Below are positions 57,465-64,000 of a DNA stretch of 64,000 nt, piece after piece. This DNA is from a bacterium (GTDB taxonomy: Bacteria; Planctomycetota; UBA1135; UBA2386): contig JANSXC010000003.1 in NCBI GenBank assembly GCA_024743115.1, positions 52,382 through 116,381 of the forward strand, in the 5' to 3' direction. Each line of letters begins with the position of its first letter. Position 1 is the first letter of the stretch. The position numbers were made by a program, and so were the translations under genes. The notes beneath the pieces were generated by a model that worked only from the letters and a program-made list of their open reading frames with translations, was not told the DNA's origin and did no database searches.

Positions 57465-58928
57465 CTACAACAGAACCGGCACGAGCAGGGTCGCTGCCAA
57501 GATCACGAGCACGATCGCGACGAGATTGAACACGATCCCGGCGCGCGCCATCTGTGGCATCGTCACGTAACCCGATGCGAACACGATCGCATTGGGCGGC
57601 GTCGCCACCGGCAGCATGAACGCCATCGAAACGGCGAGCGCCGCCGTCGCCATGAGCTGCAACGGCTCGATCCCGAGCCCGGATGCCGCGCCAGCCATGA
57701 TCGGCATCGCCATCGTCGCGGTCGCCACGTTGCTCGTGACCTCGGTGAGGAACACGAACAGCACGGCGATCGCCGCAAACACGAGAACGATCGCGAGGCC
57801 ATCGAACGACGAAGCGATCCCGCCAATCCATTGCGCCAACCCGGTCTCCGACATGCCGCGGGCCAGCGACAGGCCACCACCGAACAGGACGATGACGCCC
57901 CAGGGCACCTTCTTCGCCGTGGCCCAGTCCAGCGCGGCGCGACCGCTCCGCCAGTCGGTTGGCACGAGGAACAACACGAGCGCGGCCGCCATCGCGATCG
58001 TCGAGTCCTTGACCCACGGCGCGAACGTCTGAATCCCCGGAATCGTGACGTCACCGAATGCCTTGGGCGCCCGCATCACCCACGCCAGCGCAACGAGGAC
58101 GAAAACGATGGCAACGACCGCCTCGTCAGCCGACATGCGACCGAGACTCGCGCGCTCTTTCGCCAGTAGTTCGCTGGCATCACCACGCAGCTTACCGGGC
58201 GGATAGAGCCAGCGCGTCAGCAACCACCAACCCAGCGGCAGGAAGACGGCCGCGATCGGCACGCCAACGAGCATCCAATCGAGGAACCCGATCGACTTGC
58301 CGAGCAGTTCGCTCGCGGCGGCCGCGAGCACCTGATTGGGCGGCGTGCCGATCAGCGTCGTCACGCCGCCGATCGTCGCCGCGTAGGCCACGCCCAGCAT
58401 CACGCAGATCCCGAAGCCGAACGGCCCCTCGAGATCGTCCGGGCGGAAGATCAACGCGATGGCCATCGCGATGGGGTACATCATCGCCGTCGTCGCGGTG
58501 TTCGAGATCCACATCGACAAGAACGCCGACGCGATCATGAACCCGAGCACGAGGCGATGCGGTCGCGTGCCGACGAACTCGACGATCGCGAGCGCGATAC
58601 GGCGATGCAGGCCACTGCGTTCCATCGCCCTGGCGATCAGGAAACCACCGAGCGACAAGAAGATGATGTCGTTCGCGTACGGCGCCGCCGTCTCAGGCAT
58701 CGGCAGGATCCCGAGTGTCGGAAACAGCACGAGCGGCAGCCACGCCGTCGCGGCGAGCGGAATCGCCTCGGTGGTCCAGAACACGGCCATCAGCACCACC
58801 ACCGCCGCCATGCGCCAACCCGCCGGCGTGAGGCCCTCGGGTCCCGGCAGCAGAAGCATCAGGCAGAACGCGAGCAATCCGCCGAGCAGGCCCATGCGCG
58901 ATCTGGACACGGCAGCACGATCGCACAT
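57465..58928 (-). CDS. SLC13/DASS family sodium:dicarboxylate/sulfate symporter
   Basis: WTTEAIP, LSMWISNTATT, IGTPPN, TEVTSNVAT, FMLPVATPPNAIV. Start may be 58910 or 58895. Confidence 0.93.
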   Translation of the reverse strand: MCDRAAVSRSRMGLLGGLLAFCLMLLLPGPEGLTPAGWRMAAVVVLMAVFWTTEAIPLAATAWLPLVLFPTLGILPMPETAAPYANDIIFLSLGGFLIARAMERSGLHRRIALAIVEFVGTRPHRLVLGFMIASAFLSMWISNTATTAMMYPIAMAIALIFRPDDLEGPFGFGICVMLGVAYAATIGGVTTLIGTPPNQVLAAAASELLGKSIGFLDWMLVGVPIAAVFLPLGWWLLTRWLYPPGKLRGDASELLAKERASLGRMSADEAVVAIVFVLVALAWVMRAPKAFGDVTIPGIQTFAPWVKDSTIAMAAALVLFLVPTDWRSGRAALDWATAKKVPWGVIVLFGGGLSLARGMSETGLAQWIGGIASSFDGLAIVLVFAAIAVLFVFLTEVTSNVATATMAMPIMAGAASGLGIEPLQLMATAALAVSMAFMLPVATPPNAIVFASGYVTMPQMARAGIVFNLVAIVLVILAATLLVPVLL

Positions 58929-58973
58929 GCAGCAGAGAGCGTCCAGACCGGGCGGTCTCGCCTGCGGCCGGCG

Positions 58974-61052
58974 CTACTTGATGAACGTGTAGATGCCGCC
59001 CGACTCCTCGGCGAGGCGCCGAAGGAGTTCGGTATCGATCCCGAACCCGATCGTGTGGATCACGATCTGGCGCAGACGATTCCAGCGTCGCACTTCGTCC
59101 GCGATCTCGAGCGGGTCCGTGACCGCGCCCGACGTCGGCTCTCCGTCCGAGAGCAGGTAGATCGTGTCGACCTTCGAGTCCTGGAACGCGACCTCGAGCG
59201 CATCGAAGATGTTCGTGCCACCACCGACGCGCAGCTTCTTGACCGTGCCCAGCACCTTCTTGCGGTGTTCCTCGTCGAGCTGCCGAAGCTCGGGCCACTG
59301 GGCCCGCACGGCCCCGTTGTAGGTCACGAGGTTCACTTCGTTGACGGCCGGCATCTTGCCGATGGCCGCCGCGAGTTCCTTCTTGGCCGCGTCGATGCGC
59401 CGGCGGCCCGTGTCCGTTCCGAACGCCTCCACGCGGCCACCCATCGAACCGCTGACGTCGAGGCAGAACGCCACGTGCTTGCTCGTGAGCGGGATGCCGA
59501 AGTAGGCCGAGGTCTGCCCCGCCACGCCACCGAGACCCGCCCGCACGGTGTCCGGATGCGGCACCGTGAAGCCGTTCCGGTGCTCCCGCCACCAGTCCTT
59601 CCACTCGCTCTTCTTGAAGCAACGCGTGCCCGTGTGGACGAACAAAGCGTTGCCGAGTTCGGAAGCCAACCGCCCCTCCTCCTTGCCGTAGCGCGCGATG
59701 AGGAGCGGAATCGACGACACGTCACGAAACGACGTCAGGTAGCGGATCGCCGCGGCCCGCAGCTCCCAGAGCTTGGAACCGAGGCTTTTCTGCGCGATCG
59801 CGATCGCATCGTCCGCATCGAGCTCGCGCAACAGCGTGAGCCCGACGGCCCGCACGTTCGGTTCGTTCGACGCCGCGAGCTTGAGCAGATCCTTGCGCCA
59901 GGTCGGATCCCGCGCAAGAACGTCGTGCAGGCCCGCCGCGAGATCGAGCGCCTCGCGCCGCGGCCGCCGCAGCTTGCGTCGCACGCGTTCGACGAGCGGC
60001 GCCACCGCCTCGGCCGGCGCCTCGCGAAGCAGCAACATGGCAGCATCGCGAGCCTGCGCACTGTCGTGTTCGAGACCTCGCCGCGCCATGTAACGCATCA
60101 GCGCCATGTCCTTGGCCGCCGCCGCCGCGGACTTCCGCAGCGCGGTCTTGACCGCGCGATTGCTGATCGCGCCATAGCGCAGGAGCAACGGGTACAGCTC
60201 CTCGTCGCGCACGCGCACGATGCCGGGGATCATCTCCGCAGCAACTGCAGGCGTCGGCCCTTCGGGCATCCGCTCGAGCAGATCGATCGCGAGATCCGCT
60301 GCCCGAGGGTGGCCGGACTGGGCAAGCTGCCGCCACGCAATGGCGCCGAGGATCAACGAGCCGCGCGTGATGAGCTTGACCCGCACGGTGTCGATCTCGG
60401 TGACGTCCCGCACCGGGTCGAGGATCCGCAGGAACTTGACCTTGTCGTCGGACGTGCCCTGGCTGAACACCGGCACGACCCGGCGAATGAGTTCGGAATC
60501 CTTCGTCCCGACGAGGACGCTGACGACCGTCAATCGCACGGGCTCCTTTGCGCCTTCCTTGCCCTTGCGCAGCATCTTCGCGAGTCGATCGTGCGCCCGG
60601 CGGCCCATCGCGAGCAACGCTTTCGCCGCCGAACGGCGCACCCGCCAACTCGCCTTCTCGTCGTGGAGCACCGACCACACACGGTTCTCGAGTCTGGGCC
60701 GCGGCGACCCCGCGATGGCATCGAGGATCCCGACGGCGCCGTCCTTTGGCGCCGTGCGCTTCAACTGCTTGCTGAGGTACTTCTCGACGATCTCGTGATC
60801 GGTCTCACCGAGCCACTGGAGAAGCTTGCCGGCCTGACGGCGGAGCTTGCGGTTGCCACGTGCGGCTTCGTAGTCGGCGATCGCCTTTTCGGCGCGAGCC
60901 ACGAGCGCGGCTTCCTGATCGACCGGCTCGGTCGCGACGGGCTTGCGGCCGCCAGCGCCCGCTTCCTGACTAGCCTCGGCCTGCGTACGCACTCCGACCG
61001 CGAGACAGAAAGCAGCGAGGCAGCCGCACAGGAGGGAGGAGGTCGGGCGCAC
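58974..61052 (-). CDS. secreted HEAT-repeat protein with C-terminal VWA domain
   Basis: Signal peptide; HEAT repeats; W.DWW; YFGIP; MIDAS CLDVSGSM, GGGTNIFDAL, LLSDGEP. Start re-chosen at GTG 61052. Confidence 0.85.
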   Translation of the reverse strand: MRPTSSLLCGCLAAFCLAVGVRTQAEASQEAGAGGRKPVATEPVDQEAALVARAEKAIADYEAARGNRKLRRQAGKLLQWLGETDHEIVEKYLSKQLKRTAPKDGAVGILDAIAGSPRPRLENRVWSVLHDEKASWRVRRSAAKALLAMGRRAHDRLAKMLRKGKEGAKEPVRLTVVSVLVGTKDSELIRRVVPVFSQGTSDDKVKFLRILDPVRDVTEIDTVRVKLITRGSLILGAIAWRQLAQSGHPRAADLAIDLLERMPEGPTPAVAAEMIPGIVRVRDEELYPLLLRYGAISNRAVKTALRKSAAAAAKDMALMRYMARRGLEHDSAQARDAAMLLLREAPAEAVAPLVERVRRKLRRPRREALDLAAGLHDVLARDPTWRKDLLKLAASNEPNVRAVGLTLLRELDADDAIAIAQKSLGSKLWELRAAAIRYLTSFRDVSSIPLLIARYGKEEGRLASELGNALFVHTGTRCFKKSEWKDWWREHRNGFTVPHPDTVRAGLGGVAGQTSAYFGIPLTSKHVAFCLDVSGSMGGRVEAFGTDTGRRRIDAAKKELAAAIGKMPAVNEVNLVTYNGAVRAQWPELRQLDEEHRKKVLGTVKKLRVGGGTNIFDALEVAFQDSKVDTIYLLSDGEPTSGAVTDPLEIADEVRRWNRLRQIVIHTIGFGIDTELLRRLAEESGGIYTFIK

Positions 61053-61198
61053 GTGAGAAACGGGCGGGGCGATCACGGTTGTACCGGATTGGGCCCGACG
61101 GGTCATCCCCTGGCGCCCAGAACGCTGAGGACACAGCAACCCTGACGACGCCGAGCGTCGTTCGGACGCCGCGATTCGCACCGCGGCAGTGCCAGCGA

Positions 61199-61513
61199 TC
61201 AGCCGGCGAGGAAGTCGGACTCGAGCAGCGTGCGCGCGGTCTGCTCGATCGCTTCCGGCGTTCCCAGCGAGCCGTCAACGAGCTTCTGCCGCGCGGCCTC
61301 GACGAGTTCGCTGCGCTCGCTGCCCTGCTGGCGCGCGCGCTCGGCGAGTCCTTCGACCGCCGCGAGAGTGTCGCGGCCGCTCGCGCTGATCGTCGCGTGA
61401 TCGGCGTCGCGAGCAACCCGCGGCTGTGGCTGCAGAACGACCGTCTTCTGGCGTTCCGAATGGTCGGAGACGCGATCTACGGTGCCCTTGTCAGCGATGT
61501 TTCGAATGTCCAT
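61199..61513 (-). CDS. flgM: FlgM-like anti-sigma-28 factor
   Basis: 104 aa; DHATIS motif; ERSELVEAARQKLVDGSL..PEAIEQTA..LL; next to flagellar genes and preceded by a sigma-28 promoter. Confidence 0.7.
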   Translation of the reverse strand: MDIRNIADKGTVDRVSDHSERQKTVVLQPQPRVARDADHATISASGRDTLAAVEGLAERARQQGSERSELVEAARQKLVDGSLGTPEAIEQTARTLLESDFLAG

Positions 61514-61531
61514 GCAATGACCTCAGATCCA

Positions 61532-61558
61532 TCATCGGCAAACACCCCTACGGCTTGA
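61532..61558 (-). promoter_or_regulatory. sigma-28 (FliA) promoter of flgM
   Basis: Minus strand TCAA-N15-GCCGATGA, against consensus TAAA-N15-GCCGATAA. Confidence 0.8.
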
Positions 61559-61743
61559 GAGCCTTGCATCAAAATCTGTCCATCGTTTCGGCGGGGGCCT
61601 GCCGCGACCGGATCGGCAACCGCTGCCGCCATCGGCAATTCGTGCCGCTACGGCGGGCGGCAGGTTCTGCCTGATCGCTCTCGCGACCGACGCCGCCCCC
61701 TGCGAAACGGCCATCCTATCGGCCGGTTGACGCCGGCCGCGAC

Positions 61744-61760
61744 TTGGCACGCCCCGTGCT
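61744..61760 (+). promoter_or_regulatory. sigma-54 promoter of fliK-flgD-flgE
   Basis: TTGGCACGCCCCGTGCT, exact GG-N10-GC spacing, 30 nt before the GTG. Confidence 0.8.
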
Positions 61761-61790
61761 TCCGTTCTCGCGAGAAGGAAGCGAAACACC

Positions 61791-62807
61791 GTGGTGATTG
61801 CCAACAACAACATGCGCGTCGACTCGGACCCGATGCGGATCCCGACCCCGGCCCGTATGACGACGGACGACGACGCGTTCGTGAACGCGCTCGAAGAAGC
61901 CACGCCACGGCAGGAAGAACCTCAGCCCGAAGCCGAGGACCTCACGGACATCGACGACGAGCTCGCGGACGTCGCGCCCGAAGGTGAGACGGCGCCCGAG
62001 CGGGCGTCAGAGGAACAGCTCCCCGAGCCGGCCACCGAGGCTGGCGAGGCACTCGTCGAACCCAAGGTCGTTCGCGCGAGCGAACCCGCGCTTCCCACCG
62101 AATCCAACCGCGCGGGAGAGTCGGGCAGGCAGCAATCTGCAGGCAAAGGAACCGACTCTCCCCGCGCTCTTCTCGCAACCCGTGACGATGCGATGCTCGA
62201 TGAGATCGCCGCGCACGGCGCACGCAACGCGGCCACCAATCTCGGCGCTGCCGGCCAGCCCGGCACGCCGGTGACGCCGACCCAACCGGCCGGCGACCCG
62301 ATCGTTCGCGGCGCGAGCAGCGCCGACAATCGGGCGCAGTCGACGGCGACGCCCGCCCGTGCGCTCCCCGCGTTCCGCACCAGCGCGACCGCGACGGCAC
62401 AGCTGCTGGATCAGGCACGCGAGTCGATCTTCAAGCAGATCATGCTCAAGCTGACGCAGGGCGGTGGCGAGATGCGCATGCGGCTCGACCCACCCGAGTT
62501 CGGCGAGCTGGACCTGCGGCTGGTCGTCGAGCAGGGCAACCGACTGACGTTGTCGATCGCCGCCGAGCGTGCCGAACTCGCGGATCTGATCCAGCAGCAC
62601 GTGGACGAACTACGTGAAACGCTCGCAGGCGCCGGCATCGAGCTCGAGCACGCCGACATCAGCGCACGCGATCGCCAGGACGGCGATGCGGCGAACGACC
62701 TGTCCTTCGAGGGTGGCGACGACGCCGCCGAGGACGAACCAACGCTTTCGACGAGCCCGCGCGCCGGCGGCTACATCCGCGCCGACGGTCTCGACTTCTG
62801 GGTCTGA
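61791..62807 (+). CDS. fliK: flagellar hook-length control protein
   Basis: Disordered acidic N-terminus; C-terminal MRMRLDPPEFGELDLRL...ELRETLAGAGI. Confidence 0.9.
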   Translation: MVIANNNMRVDSDPMRIPTPARMTTDDDAFVNALEEATPRQEEPQPEAEDLTDIDDELADVAPEGETAPERASEEQLPEPATEAGEALVEPKVVRASEPALPTESNRAGESGRQQSAGKGTDSPRALLATRDDAMLDEIAAHGARNAATNLGAAGQPGTPVTPTQPAGDPIVRGASSADNRAQSTATPARALPAFRTSATATAQLLDQARESIFKQIMLKLTQGGGEMRMRLDPPEFGELDLRLVVEQGNRLTLSIAAERAELADLIQQHVDELRETLAGAGIELEHADISARDRQDGDAANDLSFEGGDDAAEDEPTLSTSPRAGGYIRADGLDFWV

Positions 62808-62817
62808 GGAGAAACCA

Positions 62818-63267
62818 ATGCCTACTTCCACTTCCAGCATTCATTCCTTCAACGCCGTCGGCGGCAACTCCGTGTTGTCGACGCAGCAGGCGAACTACGG
62901 CGACAACCCGTTCCTGCGCCTCCTGACCGAACAGCTGCGTAACCAGACGCCGCTCGAGCCGGTCGACAACGAGAGCTTCATGAACCAGATGGCGAGCTAC
63001 TCGAGCATGGAGGAGCAGAAGCAGCTCAACGACAACATGCTCAAGCTGCTCGACTACCAGGGCGTGCTCGCGCGCGTGCAGGGCCTCGGTGAAGGCAGCG
63101 CGCTGCTCGGCAAGGACGTGTCGTTCGTCAAGGAAGGGGTCGAGACGTCGGACACCGTCGAATCACTCTACGTGGCCGAGACCGGTGACATCCGCCTCAG
63201 GCTCGCGGGCGGCGGCGAGATCGACATGCGCGCGATCATCGGCATCGCACAGCCGTCGCAGAGCTGA
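62818..63267 (+). CDS. flgD: flagellar hook capping protein
   Basis: GAGGAG RBS; FLRLLTEQLRNQTPLEPVDNESFMNQMASYSSMEE; LLGKDV. Confidence 0.93.
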   Translation: MPTSTSSIHSFNAVGGNSVLSTQQANYGDNPFLRLLTEQLRNQTPLEPVDNESFMNQMASYSSMEEQKQLNDNMLKLLDYQGVLARVQGLGEGSALLGKDVSFVKEGVETSDTVESLYVAETGDIRLRLAGGGEIDMRAIIGIAQPSQS

Positions 63268-63322
63268 GCCGAACGCGCCCTCCAAGCATCCACATCCACG
63301 AGCCACACGACGAACCAAAGTA

Positions 63323-64000
63323 ATGGTCAGTACCGCACTGTTCACCGGCCTGTCAGGCCTCCGCGTCCACCAGACCTACATCGACGTCATCGGTAACAAC
63401 CTCGCCAACGTCAGCACCCCGGGATTCCGGGGTTCGCGCGCGACGTTCGCCGACGTGTTGAGCTTCACCGTTCGCCCAGGCTCGGGACCGAACGGCAACT
63501 TCGGCGGCGTCAACCCGATGCAGATCGGTCACGGCGCGATCATGGCGACGGTCGACACGGACACCAACCAGGGCACGTTCCAGGACACGGGCAGGTCGAT
63601 GGACGTGGCACTCCAGGGCCGCGGCTTCTTCTCGCTGTCGGATGGCGTGCAGACGTTTTACTCGCGCGTCGGCTCCTTCGGGATCGACGCCAACCGCACC
63701 CTCGTCGATCTGCGCTCGGGGATGCAGGTGCTGAACGCGAACGGTAACGCGATCAACGTGCCGTTCTCGGACACGCTGCCTGCACAGGCCTCGACGGAGA
63801 TCACGTTCCAGGGCAACCTGCCCGCCGAGGTGGGCGGCCCGCTCGAAGAGATCGTCGGATCGTCGTCGGCGTTCCAATCCGGCACGGCCGCCGCCAAGCA
63901 GGCGACCGGAACGGCGGGCGCGGGCAACCAGTTCGACCTCTCTGCTTTCGCTGGCGACACGGTGCTCGTCGCGCTCAACGGTCAGGCGCAGGCGAGCGTC
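63323..64000 (+). CDS. flgE: flagellar hook protein, N-terminal part (runs off the window)
   Basis: MVSTALFTGLSGLRVHQTYIDVIGNNLANVSTPGFRGSRATFAD...NPMQIGHG...QG.FQDTGR.MDVALQGRGFF...YSRVGSF.ID. Confidence 0.93.
   Translation, partial: MVSTALFTGLSGLRVHQTYIDVIGNNLANVSTPGFRGSRATFADVLSFTVRPGSGPNGNFGGVNPMQIGHGAIMATVDTDTNQGTFQDTGRSMDVALQGRGFFSLSDGVQTFYSRVGSFGIDANRTLVDLRSGMQVLNANGNAINVPFSDTLPAQASTEITFQGNLPAEVGGPLEEIVGSSSAFQSGTAAAKQATGTAGAGNQFDLSAFAGDTVLVALNGQAQASV

Noticed and set aside
58557-61145. Very long alternative ORFs (862 aa here; also 13867-15576, 23985-25517, 30805-32214)
   Set aside because: These Arg-rich, motif-free antisense frames mirror real genes, as expected from high-GC codon bias.
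1-64000. Genome-wide UGA reassignment (genetic code 4 or 25) as the explanation for the DsbD TGA
   Set aside because: Many genes here end cleanly at TGA with coupled ATGA/GTGA starts (ligA, the kinase gene, alkA, the dap operon), so TGA is a normal stop.
1-64000. CRISPR array, tRNA/rRNA, prophage, integrase or IS elements
   Set aside because: No spaced repeats, RNA-gene signatures, transposase or phage genes were recognised by eye. A computational scan could still find small elements.

Overview
High-GC (roughly two-thirds G+C by eye), densely coding bacterial chromosomal segment with about 50 genes. I found no rRNA, tRNA, CRISPR array, integrase or IS. The gene style (sulfatase, ECF sigma with membrane anti-sigma, HEAT/VWA proteins, many secreted proteins sharing a C-terminal beta-domain) suggests an uncultured Planctomycetota lineage such as OM190; this is inference. 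Housekeeping content: the 3' end of ligA, a Dna2/UPF1-like helicase and a TM0106/RecB-like nuclease, a molybdopterin oxidoreductase, a porin, asnB plus a glycosyltransferase, a two-component system, two 5'-nucleotidases, a TMEM175 channel, an unusually large GlmS, a DegT aminotransferase, ada-alkA/ogt, a lysine-riboswitch-controlled dapE-like/lysC/dapB/dapA/dapD operon, a DASS transporter, and flgM divergent from fliK-flgD-flgE. Most notable points: (1) a DsbD whose thioredoxin active site reads TGA-G-S-C (UxxC), followed by an fdhF-type SECIS-like hairpin, so a probable selenoprotein that ORF callers split in two; (2) three unrelated secreted proteins sharing a candidate C-terminal sorting domain, plus a near-universal Gln after predicted signal peptides; (3) a complete lysine riboswitch; (4) a Dna2-like nuclease and helicase encoded as separate genes; (5) 11-bp-period GTCAA boxes flanking the two-component system; (6) a HemY-like gene frameshifted by a 5-bp tandem repeat.
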